A stretch of 64,000 nucleotides of DNA. Origin: Sphingobacteriales bacterium. Lineage in GTDB: Bacteria; Bacteroidota; Bacteroidia; Chitinophagales; JADIYW01. Positions 39,799-50,502 of this stretch are shown piece after piece; position 1 is the stretch's first letter; each line of letters opens with the position of its first letter. The notes beneath the pieces were generated by a model. The model was given only the letters and a program-made list of their open reading frames with translations, was not told the DNA's origin and made no database searches. The stretch covers positions 641,205 to 705,204 of the forward strand of contig JADJYT010000001.1 of assembly GCA_016719635.1 (NCBI GenBank), in the 5' to 3' direction. The translations under genes and the position numbers were made by a program.

Positions 39799-40347
39799 CT
39801 ATGGAGCAATTTTGTTCTGATATTTTTCTATGGCATGCAACTGAATTTTTGGAAGCTGCACAAAAATAAACCAACAAATCAGAAACCCGATTACGAGCAT
39901 AATCACCGTTCCGATAAGCGCCAGAAGCATACTATAATGAAACATCCAGCCAAAACTGCCGAATGCAATATCCGAGATACCTTTGCCGGCTATTTCTGAC
40001 GCATCCGTTTTCACCTCATTATATTGATGAAATAATCGGCAGACTTGACTCAGCATGTATACTCCATATCCTCCCAAACATGCCATAAAAACCCGATTGA
40101 TTCGCAACATATTTTTATACCTGAACCACCTGCTGTCGTATTCTGTGTGTAATCCCGTTCGTTCCCGGCGATTATACAGCCACCTTCCTAATCCGGTAGC
40201 CGGAAATAAGAAAAGATGGACAAACTCTTTTGTATTGGTGATAGATTTTTCTTTAATGTAGTAATAAAAAGTTAAAAATAATCCTGCTGCGACATTGAAT
40301 ACCAGATAAACTGCAATAAAAGATGCTATTAAAATAAGTAAGGCCAT
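39799..40347 (-). CDS. hypothetical membrane protein (about 4 TM)
   Basis: 182 aa, hydrophobic segments at both ends, no recognised motif. Confidence 0.45.
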   Translation of the reverse strand: MALLILIASFIAVYLVFNVAAGLFLTFYYYIKEKSITNTKEFVHLFLFPATGLGRWLYNRRERTGLHTEYDSRWFRYKNMLRINRVFMACLGGYGVYMLSQVCRLFHQYNEVKTDASEIAGKGISDIAFGSFGWMFHYSMLLALIGTVIMLVIGFLICWFIFVQLPKIQLHAIEKYQNKIAP

Positions 40348-40358
40348 ACTTCAGTTAT

Positions 40359-40694
40359 TTATTTCCAAAAGTAAAACATCCATACAATACAGCAGTGCCG
40401 GTTTTTGTATAGCAGAATCAAACATTGGCATAGTGAGTTTATATACTTTTCCAGCGTAGAGTACGGATGGTCAACGGCATAAATAAGTATTGAGTCATTC
40501 CTGTAAACATAACTATCATAGAAACTATACATGCTGCTGCGCTGCTGTGCCAGCCTTCCCTGGGCATCACAGGCATAAAACACATCTATACCATCCTCAC
40601 TTTTCAGGCGCACCCTGTCTGCAGGATTTTGTGCTACCATTAAAAAAGCGGTCGTGTAAACAGAAGAAATCCGGCATGTTTCATCATAATTCAA
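40359..40694 (-). CDS. hypothetical ORF, possibly a gene fragment
   Basis: TTG start, no signal peptide. The composition resembles the upstream lipoprotein (Y/D/S-rich beta pattern) and the tail is Cys/Trp-rich and odd. Confidence 0.25.
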   Translation of the reverse strand: MNYDETCRISSVYTTAFLMVAQNPADRVRLKSEDGIDVFYACDAQGRLAQQRSSMYSFYDSYVYRNDSILIYAVDHPYSTLEKYINSLCQCLILLYKNRHCCIVWMFYFWK

Positions 40695-40705
40695 TTTGTT
40701 ATAGA

Positions 40706-41443
40706 TTAATAATAGCTATAAAGTCGTATGCTGGCTACCGTGCCATCTTTTGATTTTACCCGCTTTATCACCCTGTCAGCCATATCAAAATCATAGGTGT
40801 ATTCGGTAGTGCTATTATTCGTCTCATCTTTCTGAGTCAGGATAAGGTTCTCATTGAGTGCCTCGAACCCAAAAAGATTTAACGGACTGTATAATCCACC
40901 ATACAGAGCCTTAAAATCCTGCCCAAATGCTTTTTTAGTCAATGTGTTAATTTTGTCTGAATAGGTATTTGTATATATTACCGTATCCCATCTTCCCCCA
41001 TTTACTAAAGTATATGTTTTTTGTGTAGTAATATTGTTATTGGTATAATAAAAAGAATCCCGTATCATCCTGATGAAATTTGCCGGAAAATCAGCAAAAT
41101 TAGTTTCGGCAAAAATAAGCCTGTTATGTGCATCAAATTTATAGGTATAAAAATTAGTAGGATATGCAGAAATACGAGATGAAGTATTAAGCCAAAAAGT
41201 GTTTAGCTTATGTATTAATGTTGAAAAATTAGTACCAGAAGCATTAAATAATCTCTCCTGAACAGAGTCAGTTCCCAAATACTTAAAGGTAACCAGCTCC
41301 TCATTCTTGGTATTTATCATAACAGCTCTGTTTAAGCTATCGTAAAATATAGTATCAACATCGGTACCATTGTTGACCGTTTTTATCAGAGATACCGATA
41401 AATCATTCTGTTCTTTTTTACACGCTGCTATTCCTAACAGCAA
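40706..41443 (-). CDS. hypothetical lipoprotein (YD-like short repeats); no canonical start codon in front of its lipobox
   Basis: The frame reads (stop)RNKLKTYYSNSFLLLGIAAC KKEQ..., a full lipoprotein signal peptide, but the only in-frame start candidates are TTG/CTG 5-7 codons before the Cys. Confidence 0.45.
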   Translation of the reverse strand: MLLGIAACKKEQNDLSVSLIKTVNNGTDVDTIFYDSLNRAVMINTKNEELVTFKYLGTDSVQERLFNASGTNFSTLIHKLNTFWLNTSSRISAYPTNFYTYKFDAHNRLIFAETNFADFPANFIRMIRDSFYYTNNNITTQKTYTLVNGGRWDTVIYTNTYSDKINTLTKKAFGQDFKALYGGLYSPLNLFGFEALNENLILTQKDETNNSTTEYTYDFDMADRVIKRVKSKDGTVASIRLYSYY

Positions 41444-42012
41444 AAAGGAATTGGAATAGTATGTTTTTAATTTATTACGTTAATAATACTATAAAACTCG
41501 GTCAATGAGTCTTCAGAAACATCCCTGAAAACCCCTGAAATCAAATCTCATGGCATTCCTTTTTAACATATAAAAAATCAACTGACACTGTTTTTTAAAT
41601 TCATCCTAAATAATAGGGATATCTGATATTGGTATTCGTATTTTTAGTTCTCAAAACCTATGGAAAAAAACTCATAAACTTACATCATACTTGTTAATCC
41701 AAAACCCGTCATTCCACGAGGCATCTTTTTTATGACTGTCGTCTTAATTTCCTGCTTTGGTTTACCATCAAATCTTATCTGAAGTAGGCATTTATTTAAC
41801 TTATCATACAAGGCAGTACCTCATCATTCTGCTATTTGTTATAGCAATCTGTTTGCTTGAATTAAAAATTGAAGAACAAGTTCTCAGTTAAACATCGCTA
41901 TTCATATCATAAAAAAAGTGACTTCCATCATTTTACGTCATTTTGTCATGCTTTTGCCGTTGGCATATTAGTTGAACAACAGAAGGAAACTTCAAATTAG
42001 TAAATTAATATC

Positions 42013-43920
42013 ATGGGAAAAATAATTGGAATCGACTTAGGAACTACCAACTCGTGCGTAGCCGTTATGGAAGGCAGCGAACCGGTAGTCATTACAACAG
42101 ATGAGGGGCAAAGAACCCTGCCGTCTATCGTAGGATTTTTGGAAAATGGCGAACGTAAAGTGGGAGCTCCCGCCAAACGCCAGTCAATCACCAATCCTAA
42201 AAACACCGTCTCTTCTATTAAACGGTTTATGGGGAAACATTTCAGCGACACGACTACGGAACAAAAGTACGTTTCGTACACTGTAGAAAAAGGAGATAAT
42301 GACACCGTTCGTGTTCGTCTGCATGACAGAATGTACACGCCACAGGAAATTTCTGCCATTATTTTACAAAAATGTAAGAAAATGGCGGAAGACTACTTAG
42401 GTCAGACAGTTACCGAAGCGGTAATCACCGTTCCTGCTTACTTTAACGACTCTGAACGTCAGGCGACCAAAGAAGCGGGTCTGATAGCCGGGTTGGATGT
42501 AAAACGTATCATCAACGAACCAACGGCTGCAGCTTTGGCTTACGGCTTAGACAAAGGCGGCAAGGATATGAAAATTGCCGTTTATGACTTAGGTGGCGGT
42601 ACTTTCGACGTATCTATCCTGGAATTGGGTGAAGGCGTTTTCGAAGTAAAATCTACCAATGGTGACGTACACTTAGGAGGTGATGATTTTGACCAAACCA
42701 TCATCGACTGGCTGGCAACCGAATTCCAGAATGAAGAACGCGTGGATCTGCGCAAAGATCCGATGGCATTACAGCGCCTGAAAGAAGCAGCCGAAAAAGC
42801 GAAGATAGAATTATCCTCTTCCACAGAAACGGAAATCAACTTACCTTATATCACGGCGACAGACGGTGTTCCAAAACACCTCGTAAAAAAATTATCCCGT
42901 GCCAAGTTCGACCAACTGACAGAAACATTGGTGGAAAGAACATTGGAACCGTGCAGAAAAGCACTGAAAGATGCCAACTTATCCGCTTCTCAAATCGATG
43001 AAGTGATATTGGTGGGTGGTTCTACCCGTATTCCGAAAATCCAGGAAGTGGTAGAAAAATTCTTTGGCAAAAAGCCTTCCAAAGGAGTGAATCCGGATGA
43101 AGTGGTGGCCGTAGGTGCCGCCATTCAGGGAGGTGTATTGACCGGTGACGTGAAAGATGTGTTGTTGCTCGACGTAACGCCATTATCACTGGGTATCGAG
43201 ACATACGGAGGTGTATTCACCAAGCTGATTGAATCCAACACGACCATTCCTACTAAAAAATCAGAGGTGTTCTCAACCGCATCCGACAACCAGCCTTCTG
43301 TGGAGTTGAATGTACTGCAGGGAGAAAGACCAATGGCTAAAGACAATAAAAGTTTAGGTCGTTTCCACTTAGACAGCATTCCACCGGCACCACGTGGTGT
43401 TCCGCAAATCGAAGTAACGTTTGATATAGACGCGAATGGCATACTGAGTGTGACCGCAAAAGACAAAGGAACCGGCAAAGAGCAAAATATCCGCATCACC
43501 GCTTCTTCCGGGTTGAGCAAGGAAGAAATTGAAAAAATGAAAGCCGAAGCGAAAGCCAACGAAGCGGCGGATAAAGAAGCCCGCGCTAAAGTGGACAAGC
43601 TGAACGAAGCAGACAGCCTGATTTTCCAGAGTGAAAAACAACTGAAGGAATTTGGCGACAAATTGCCCGCTGATAAAAAAGAAACTTTAGAGGCAGCTGT
43701 CAACAAACTGAAAGAAGCACACAAGAATCAGGATATGCCTGCAGTGGAAGTTGCTTTAACAGAACTGAACAATGCATGGCAGGCTGCATCACAGGATTTG
43801 TATACTGCTTCCCAACAGGCTGGCGGCGCAGAACAAGGCGGTGCATCCGACAATGGTTCTGCCAACACAGGCGGCAATACAGAGAATGTAACCGATGCAG
43901 AATACGAAGAGGTGAAATAA
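42013..43920 (+). CDS. dnaK: molecular chaperone DnaK (Hsp70)
   Basis: 635 aa. [39 protein letters not shown]. Confidence 0.97.
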   Translation: MGKIIGIDLGTTNSCVAVMEGSEPVVITTDEGQRTLPSIVGFLENGERKVGAPAKRQSITNPKNTVSSIKRFMGKHFSDTTTEQKYVSYTVEKGDNDTVRVRLHDRMYTPQEISAIILQKCKKMAEDYLGQTVTEAVITVPAYFNDSERQATKEAGLIAGLDVKRIINEPTAAALAYGLDKGGKDMKIAVYDLGGGTFDVSILELGEGVFEVKSTNGDVHLGGDDFDQTIIDWLATEFQNEERVDLRKDPMALQRLKEAAEKAKIELSSSTETEINLPYITATDGVPKHLVKKLSRAKFDQLTETLVERTLEPCRKALKDANLSASQIDEVILVGGSTRIPKIQEVVEKFFGKKPSKGVNPDEVVAVGAAIQGGVLTGDVKDVLLLDVTPLSLGIETYGGVFTKLIESNTTIPTKKSEVFSTASDNQPSVELNVLQGERPMAKDNKSLGRFHLDSIPPAPRGVPQIEVTFDIDANGILSVTAKDKGTGKEQNIRITASSGLSKEEIEKMKAEAKANEAADKEARAKVDKLNEADSLIFQSEKQLKEFGDKLPADKKETLEAAVNKLKEAHKNQDMPAVEVALTELNNAWQAASQDLYTASQQAGGAEQGGASDNGSANTGGNTENVTDAEYEEVK

Positions 43921-44065
43921 TATCACTTTTTTTTCAACAATATAAAAATCGATTAATGGTAAATTTTCAGATATCCTTTGCCATACAATTTTACATAAAA
44001 AACCATATCAAACTGATATAGAAATATATACAAATGCCTCTGAACTGAAAAATCAAACATCGGCT

Positions 44066-44073
44066 TAAATTTG
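44066..44073 (+). promoter_or_regulatory. candidate -7 box (TAAATTTG) for the 44126 gene
   Basis: Exact TAnnTTTG, 52 nt upstream of ATG 44126. No clear -33. Confidence 0.3.
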
Positions 44074-44207
44074 TATTTATCTTATATACAATTATAGTGC
44101 AACTTTAAACAAAAAAACAAACCATATGAAAAAATATAATCGCTCTCCTGCTATTTACACTTTCCTTCACCTTCGCGAAGGCACAGGTAACCATCGCTTA
44201 CAAAAAT

Positions 44208-46829
44208 GTGATGCGTGAAAAGGCAGATCTGGATCTGCCCAACCAATGGAACATTGGTATCATTGCTAAAAAAACCAATGACAATAAGATCATTATCGTC
44301 CGAAGTTTTAAACGGAACAATGCCCAGTCCATTTCACATTACAAGTGCAGATTTGACAGCGTATCCATTACCAAGTTCGACCTGAACGGAAATACACTCT
44401 GGCAAAAAAGACTGGCCTTTAACAATTCAGGCTATGTTTCCGATATCTGCCCGACTGCAGATGGCGGCTATATCATTTGCGGTGACCAGAACATGAGCAA
44501 TTTCGTTCTAAAGATAGATGCTGACGGCAACTCCGTCGGTGTGAAGGAATATGACAATCCGAACTCCAATTACTACTTCAATAAAATCACAGAACTGTCC
44601 AACGGCAACTATGCAATAGCCAGTATTGAATATATTTTCCAGTTTGCTTCACCGGAGTATAGCTGGACATGGTGGTTAAGTATAATGGGATACAGGCATT
44701 ACTACACCATCAAATATACCTTGGGGTTAACGGACGCAGCCGGAAATGTGCAGTGGTCGGTACCGGTTGGCCAATCGGATGAAAACTATTATCAGTACGG
44801 AGTTGTCCAGGACCGGAATTTAGCGGGAGACAAATTTAATCCAAAATTAAACGTAAACATCTATCCGGTGAAGGTGGACAACAATGATTATATAGATATC
44901 GCTGTCAATCTGAATAATGCGACCACTTCATTGAGAAGCAAATCCATCATACGGTACAACACGGGCGGAACAGTAGCCGGCAGCAAGATATTTGATACGT
45001 ATAATAGTTCTTATCGGTATAACAGTCTCGGATACTGGAAAGTGAAAGACGGCTATTTGTTTATGACAGACAGCAGCGCAAATAATGTTTACAGAAGTTA
45101 TTTTGTAAAAATGGATCTGTTCGGAACCATAAAGGGATATTATCAGACAGCCTTTTTAGACTGGGAGTACGGACGAAACCTCGAATCCGCACAGATTCAT
45201 ATCAACGGTGACAGCACTATTTTCCTGTTTGAAAAAAGTCAGTATGGCGGTAATAAACTGGTTCGTTGCTTCAAGGATTTAAGTGTAGACTGGAACTATT
45301 CATTGCCGTATATACCGGAGAGAGAATATGGCAACTTACTGATTACAGAAACAGACGACCATAATCTCCTCGTCGTATCGGATGAATACAATTATGACCA
45401 GTGGGAAAACGTTAATTTCTATAAACTATCCTCCGATGCGGCAGAACTGCATTATCAGGTTTACATAGACAGAAATGACAACAATCGTTTTGATGCGGCA
45501 GACACAACCTTTAATGAATGTATAATCTACCAAACACACAATGGCGTTACACAGCAATTTTACCCTGATTATTATGGAAAATACGAGATGTTCGCAGATA
45601 CAGGCATCTATGAATCCCATATCGAATCCTACAGCCAGACGTTGAAATATTATTTTGCACCGACAACACCTGAAATTACGCATATCACCAGCTACACGCA
45701 GGAAGATACGGTCTTCTTCAAGCTGGTAGAAAAGAAGAATGTCAGGGACTTACAGATCTCTCTGGCCCCTAATATACCGGTACGTCCCGGGTTCCAAAGT
45801 TCCTATACGCTGAGTGTAGGCAACATCGGTACCGTGACAGTACAACGTCCGAGAGCATTATTTATTAAAGATCCGCTGCAAAGTTTCGACACGCTCACCG
45901 CGCCATTCCCATTCAGAGGCGATACCATGTTCATTGAATATGACTCACTCACCGTATTTCAGCAGCAGTATTACGAGGTTTATTTAAACAATCCGATACC
46001 TCCTATTATCGATGCAGACGACACGATATATGTGAAGGCTGTCATCGAACCGATAGATGGTGATATCTATCCCGATGACAATGTGTTTGAACTGACTCAG
46101 ACGGTTGTGAACTCCTATGACCCGAATGATAAACTGGAATCACATGGCGGAGCAATCACGCAGGCGGAACTGGCTAACGGAGATTATCTGTATTATACCA
46201 TTCGATTCCAGAATTCCGGAAACTATTATGCATCCATCATAAAAATCACCGATACGCTTTCCGACAAACTGGATTGGAGTACACTGGAAGTATTGACCAA
46301 CAGCCATAACCTGGAATTCAAGGTAGAAAATAAGCGGTACCTGACCTGGTGGAGCAATAACTTTTATCTGCCGGACAGCACGAGCGATGAGCCGGGCAGT
46401 CATGGTTTCGTCAGTTTCCGCATCAAGCCGATTGCCGGATTAAGTGTATCTGATGAAATCGATAATAAGGCGCACATTTATTTTGATTACAACCCGCCAA
46501 TTGAAACGAATACGGTGACTACCAAAATTGTGATAGAGCGGATTCTGAGAACCCCCAAAAACCTGATGGACGTTAAAAAACTGAAAGTGTATCCCAATCC
46601 GACCAATGACCTGCTGACGCTGGATATGACTGTGATAAAACCCGGGAAATATACGATTCAGCTGATAGATTTCAGTGGCAGAAACACACGAAGTGAAGAG
46701 CTGGACTGGACAAGCGGTAAACAATTATATTCGTTATCTTTACAAGGATTGGAAAACGGAATGTATATTTTAAGCATCAGCAATCCACAGCAGAAGGCAC
46801 TCTATACGAGCAAGATCTTGAAGCAATAA
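44208..46829 (+). CDS. large T9SS-sorted surface protein; its signal peptide is encoded upstream but out of frame with its ATG
   Basis: C-terminal KVYPNPTNDLLTLDM...GMYILSISNPQQKALYTSKILKQ is a T9SS CTD, and an NSYDPNDK motif domain is present. The frame is open back to 44130 (KNIIALLLFTLSFTFAKAQVTIAYKNV), but ATG 44126 is in the other frame. Confidence 0.7.
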   Translation: MMREKADLDLPNQWNIGIIAKKTNDNKIIIVRSFKRNNAQSISHYKCRFDSVSITKFDLNGNTLWQKRLAFNNSGYVSDICPTADGGYIICGDQNMSNFVLKIDADGNSVGVKEYDNPNSNYYFNKITELSNGNYAIASIEYIFQFASPEYSWTWWLSIMGYRHYYTIKYTLGLTDAAGNVQWSVPVGQSDENYYQYGVVQDRNLAGDKFNPKLNVNIYPVKVDNNDYIDIAVNLNNATTSLRSKSIIRYNTGGTVAGSKIFDTYNSSYRYNSLGYWKVKDGYLFMTDSSANNVYRSYFVKMDLFGTIKGYYQTAFLDWEYGRNLESAQIHINGDSTIFLFEKSQYGGNKLVRCFKDLSVDWNYSLPYIPEREYGNLLITETDDHNLLVVSDEYNYDQWENVNFYKLSSDAAELHYQVYIDRNDNNRFDAADTTFNECIIYQTHNGVTQQFYPDYYGKYEMFADTGIYESHIESYSQTLKYYFAPTTPEITHITSYTQEDTVFFKLVEKKNVRDLQISLAPNIPVRPGFQSSYTLSVGNIGTVTVQRPRALFIKDPLQSFDTLTAPFPFRGDTMFIEYDSLTVFQQQYYEVYLNNPIPPIIDADDTIYVKAVIEPIDGDIYPDDNVFELTQTVVNSYDPNDKLESHGGAITQAELANGDYLYYTIRFQNSGNYYASIIKITDTLSDKLDWSTLEVLTNSHNLEFKVENKRYLTWWSNNFYLPDSTSDEPGSHGFVSFRIKPIAGLSVSDEIDNKAHIYFDYNPPIETNTVTTKIVIERILRTPKNLMDVKKLKVYPNPTNDLLTLDMTVIKPGKYTIQLIDFSGRNTRSEELDWTSGKQLYSLSLQGLENGMYILSISNPQQKALYTSKILKQ

Positions 46830-46843
46830 AATTTATAAAAAAA

Positions 46844-46872
46844 GAAGCGCCATCGCGTTGCGATGGCGCTTC
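46844..46872. terminator. bidirectional hairpin terminator between convergent genes
   Basis: A 13-bp perfect GC-rich stem, gaagcgccatcgc / gcgatggcgcttc, with a 3-nt loop. It is flanked by an A-run on the left, which is a T-run for the minus-strand gene. Confidence 0.6.
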
Positions 46873-46901
46873 GACTATTATAGCATTTGTATCGTAATGG
46901 A

Positions 46902-47369
46902 TTACTTATTAAATAACTTACCTAAATCCACACCCATCTTGCCCATCATCTCCTGCGCTTTCTCCTTTATTTCATCGACAGAAACCTTACTGATAATCTT
47001 ACTGATATCCGGTTTTCCGTTTTCATCAGTAAACTCCCTGCGGAAGGCATCAAACACTTCTGTAATGGATAAATCCCGCACCTTCTGCGCCGTCTCATTC
47101 GGCAGTCCTACCTTATTCACCAGATCATTTAAAAAATTCTCCCTTAAATTATTCAAGGTAGGATTTGACTTAATATCTGAAATGCCATTGCTCATCAACT
47201 CCCTTAACCCGCTCATGCCGCCGGCCATCAGGTCCTCGGAAAAGAATCGCCTGAAGTTTTCCAGCAACAAACCGGTACTTTGTGTGGTCTGATCTTCACT
47301 CAGTCCGAATTTTTCCTGAATCTGCTGTTGTATTTTCGCCTGTACCTCATTAAAGATATCCTGTAACAT
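46902..47369 (-). CDS. hypothetical helical cytoplasmic protein
   Basis: 155 aa with a balanced charged/helical composition. The overlapping plus-strand 144-aa ORF is S/L-rich junk. Confidence 0.55.
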   Translation of the reverse strand: MLQDIFNEVQAKIQQQIQEKFGLSEDQTTQSTGLLLENFRRFFSEDLMAGGMSGLRELMSNGISDIKSNPTLNNLRENFLNDLVNKVGLPNETAQKVRDLSITEVFDAFRREFTDENGKPDISKIISKVSVDEIKEKAQEMMGKMGVDLGKLFNK

Positions 47370-47499
47370 ACTATTTAGAATTTAGACTCCAAATATACAC
47401 ATTAATCGATTGCATTGCTATATTGCAGTCTTGATTAAATAGGATTAAATTATCCCGGATGACGTTAAACTTATAACGAATAACTCATAACTTAGCAGA

Positions 47500-48891
47500 A
47501 TGAAACTACAAATTTGCGGCGCAGCAGAAACCGTTACGGGCAGCTGCCACCTTCTTACATTGGAAAATGATTACAAACTCCTTTTAGACTGCGGGCTTTA
47601 TCAGGGAGCAGATGCCGTTTTTGATGAATTCAATCATCAATGGTTTTTCAAGCCCGATGAAATTGATGCGCTGATATTATCACATGCACACATCGACCAT
47701 TGCGGCAGGATTCCGAAACTGGTAAAAGATGGTTTTAAAGGAAAAATCATCTGCACATCGGCTACTCGCGACTTAGCGGCCATCATGCTTTTGGACAGTG
47801 CCCATATTCAGGAAGGCGATGCCGAATATGAAGCGAAAAAATACGGTGGCAAATTTGATCCGCTTTATACGGAATGGGACGTCAAGCAATGCCTGCGCTA
47901 TTTTTATTGTGTGGAATACGATAATTGGTTTAATGTCACCAATGAAGTCAGCCTCCTGTTCTCCGATGCCGGCCATATTTTAGGAAGCGCCTCTGTAACG
48001 CTGAAAATCAAGGAAGCAGGCAGGGAAACGTTTTTCGGATTTACCGGAGATGTAGGCAGATACAATCGACCTATACTGAAAGACCCGGTTCCAATGCCTC
48101 AGCTCGATTACCTGATATGTGAATCTACCTACGGCGGCAAGACCCATGATGAAACGCCGGAAAACGATGATCATTTCATGCAGATCATTTACGATACCTG
48201 TGTGGCCAAACGAGGCAAACTGATTATACCTGCCTTCAGTTTGGGAAGGACACAGGAAATACTCTACCGGCTGGATAAATTGTATAATTCAGGCAGGCTG
48301 CAAAATATCAATGTATATGTCGACAGTCCGCTTGCCATGAATGCTACGGAAATATATACCATACATCCGGAATGTTTCGACAATGAAATCCACCATTACA
48401 TGTCTGAAGATGACAGTCCTTTCGGCTGGAACAATATGCGCTATGTACGAAAGGCAGACCAGTCCAAACAACTGAACGTATCGGATGAACCTTGTATCAT
48501 CATTGCCGCATCAGGCATGGCCAACGCCGGAAGAGTAAAACACCACCTGTACCATCAAATTGAGAAGGCGGAAAATACCGTCTTGATTGTGGGTTATTGT
48601 GCAGAAGGGACACTCGGACAACAGTTGGTGCAGAAACCGGATACGGTAACTATCTTTCATCAGGAAAAGAGAGTGCGTGCGCAGATTGAAGTCATGAGCA
48701 GCATGAGCGCCCATGCCGATGAACCGGAATTATTGAAATTTTTAGCCAATCAGCAAAAAGAAAAACTGAAAAAGATATTTTTAGTCCACGGCGAGACGAA
48801 AAGGCAGGCAGCTTTTAAAATAACCTTACAGAATAACCAATTCAAGAATGTCGAAATACCCAAACTGGGCGATATATTTGAATTGGAATAA
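47500..48891 (+). CDS. MBL-fold beta-CASP family hydrolase (RNA-metabolising nuclease type)
   Basis: 463 aa. HAHIDHCG motif 2, later DAGH, ESTYG, and C-terminal SAHAD/HGE beta-CASP motifs. Confidence 0.8.
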   Translation: MKLQICGAAETVTGSCHLLTLENDYKLLLDCGLYQGADAVFDEFNHQWFFKPDEIDALILSHAHIDHCGRIPKLVKDGFKGKIICTSATRDLAAIMLLDSAHIQEGDAEYEAKKYGGKFDPLYTEWDVKQCLRYFYCVEYDNWFNVTNEVSLLFSDAGHILGSASVTLKIKEAGRETFFGFTGDVGRYNRPILKDPVPMPQLDYLICESTYGGKTHDETPENDDHFMQIIYDTCVAKRGKLIIPAFSLGRTQEILYRLDKLYNSGRLQNINVYVDSPLAMNATEIYTIHPECFDNEIHHYMSEDDSPFGWNNMRYVRKADQSKQLNVSDEPCIIIAASGMANAGRVKHHLYHQIEKAENTVLIVGYCAEGTLGQQLVQKPDTVTIFHQEKRVRAQIEVMSSMSAHADEPELLKFLANQQKEKLKKIFLVHGETKRQAAFKITLQNNQFKNVEIPKLGDIFELE

Positions 48892-48949
48892 TTAGTTCAT
48901 ACAACTCTATTCACAATTTATTATTTTTACCCGACAAAGCAAACTATCC

Positions 48950-50500
48950 ATGGCAAATCAGGACGAATTCATTCAGTTAATCAACAAAGGCTATACATTC
49001 AGCACCAGCTCCATCGTTGTCGGAACCGCGATGCTGGATGGCAAAGCAATTCCAAATACACCGGTAAGAATTCCTTTAAAAACCATGAACCGGCACGGAT
49101 TGATAGCAGGTGCGACCGGAACCGGTAAAACCAAAACGATTCAGTCCCTTTCGGAGCAGTTAGCGGAAAACGGAGTATCTGTTTTAATGATGGACATAAA
49201 AGGTGATTTCTCCGGTATCGCCGAGCCTGGTGTTTCCAACCCTAAGATTGAAGAACGTGTCGCCGCTATCGGCAACAAATGGACACCCAAAGGTTATCCG
49301 GTGGAGCTGATGTCTATTTCCAATCAGGATGGCATTCGCCTGCGGGCAACCGTTTCTGAATTCGGGCCTGTGTTGATTTCAAAGATCCTGGACCTTAACG
49401 ACACCCAGCAGAGCGTGGTGGCCATGGTGTTTAAATTCAGCGATGACGAGCAATTGGCACTGGTGGATTTAAATGATTTTAAAAAAGTTCTGCAGTTTCT
49501 GACGAACGAAGGAAAAGGCGTTTTTGAAAAAGACTACGGTTCTATCAGTCCCGCTACGATGGGAACCATTCTACGTAAGGTGGTGGAACTGGAACAACAG
49601 GGCGCAGGTATATTTTTCGGAGAGAAGTCATTTGACGTGGATGATTTATTACGCAAAGATGAAAACGGATACGGATACATCAATATTGTTCGCCTGACAG
49701 ACATTCAGGATAAACCTAAATTATTTTCTACCTTTATGTTAAGCCTGTTGGCGGAAGTTTACCAGAAATTCCCCGAAAGAGGCGATGTGGAACAGCCGGA
49801 ACTGATCATTTTTATGGATGAGGCTCATCTGGTTTTTAATAATGCTTCTAAAGCCTTACAGGAGCAGCTGGAAGCCATCATCAAACTTATACGCTCCAAG
49901 GGGGTTGGAATTTTCTTTTGTACCCAAAATCCGATTGACATTCCCGAAAGCATCTTAGCACAGCTGGGATTAAAGGTACAGCATGCGCTGAGAGCCTTCA
50001 CGGCTAAAGACCGTCAGGCAATCAAACTGGCTTCAGAAAACTATCCGGAAACTTCATTTTATAAAGTGGAAGATCTAATGACACAGCTGGGGATTGGAGA
50101 AGCCTTCGTTTCCGCACTCAATGAAAAAGGCATACCTACACCGCTGGCACATACGTTAATGGCACCGCCACAGTCACGCATGGATATTTTAACAGATGCA
50201 GAAATGAAAACATTCATCGCAGCATCCAAACTTTATCCAAAATATAAAAACCCGGTTGACCCCGAAAGTGCTTATGAAATTCTGACTGCTAAAATTGAAC
50301 AGGCTCAGCAACAGCAGGCCGCTGATGATCAGGCAGCACAACAAGTGAAAGAAACCACGACCACCAAGACGACAAAACAAGGAAAATCAACACTGGATAA
50401 AGTTTTAAGCAACACGGTAACCCGGCAAATTGCCCGTACCGCCACTACCACCCTTGCCAGAGGTTTGCTGGGTGTTTTAAAAGGAATGTTAAAAAAATAA
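48950..50500 (+). CDS. HerA-like P-loop ATPase, DUF853 (YjgR) family
   Basis: 516 aa. Walker A GATGTGKTKT, Walker B LIIFMDEAHL. Low-complexity basic C-terminal tail. Confidence 0.8.
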   Translation: MANQDEFIQLINKGYTFSTSSIVVGTAMLDGKAIPNTPVRIPLKTMNRHGLIAGATGTGKTKTIQSLSEQLAENGVSVLMMDIKGDFSGIAEPGVSNPKIEERVAAIGNKWTPKGYPVELMSISNQDGIRLRATVSEFGPVLISKILDLNDTQQSVVAMVFKFSDDEQLALVDLNDFKKVLQFLTNEGKGVFEKDYGSISPATMGTILRKVVELEQQGAGIFFGEKSFDVDDLLRKDENGYGYINIVRLTDIQDKPKLFSTFMLSLLAEVYQKFPERGDVEQPELIIFMDEAHLVFNNASKALQEQLEAIIKLIRSKGVGIFFCTQNPIDIPESILAQLGLKVQHALRAFTAKDRQAIKLASENYPETSFYKVEDLMTQLGIGEAFVSALNEKGIPTPLAHTLMAPPQSRMDILTDAEMKTFIAASKLYPKYKNPVDPESAYEILTAKIEQAQQQQAADDQAAQQVKETTTTKTTKQGKSTLDKVLSNTVTRQIARTATTTLARGLLGVLKGMLKK

Positions 50501-50502
50501 GT

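Noticed and set aside
41444-42012. Search for a CIRCE/HrcA operator, an RNA thermometer or a structured ncRNA upstream of dnaK
   Set aside because: There is no TTAGCACTC-N9-GAGTGCTAA-like inverted repeat. Only 5-bp hairpins are visible, and nothing is convincing by eye.
43125-43724. 199-aa ORF antisense to dnaK, plus smaller antisense ORFs at 41997..42359, 42582..42839 and 43369..43641
   Set aside because: The composition is Ser/Leu/Ala-rich and low in complexity. They are mirror-frame shadows of a highly conserved, highly expressed gene, with no start context of their own.
43921-43950. T8 run after the dnaK stop as a terminator
   Set aside because: Only a 4-bp stem (gtga/tcac) precedes the T-run. 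This is too weak to call.
46858-47292. 144-aa plus-strand ORF overlapping 46902..47369
   Set aside because: Its sequence is S/L/F-rich junk and it starts inside the terminator hairpin. The minus-strand 155-aa product is a balanced helical protein followed by that terminator.
47500-50500. beta-CASP nuclease plus HerA-like ATPase as a phage-defence module
   Set aside because: As far as I recall, both belong to broadly conserved housekeeping-type families (the ATPase is YjgR/DUF853). They are embedded with PPK2 and argH, with no compositional anomaly. I kept this only as a low-interest synteny note.
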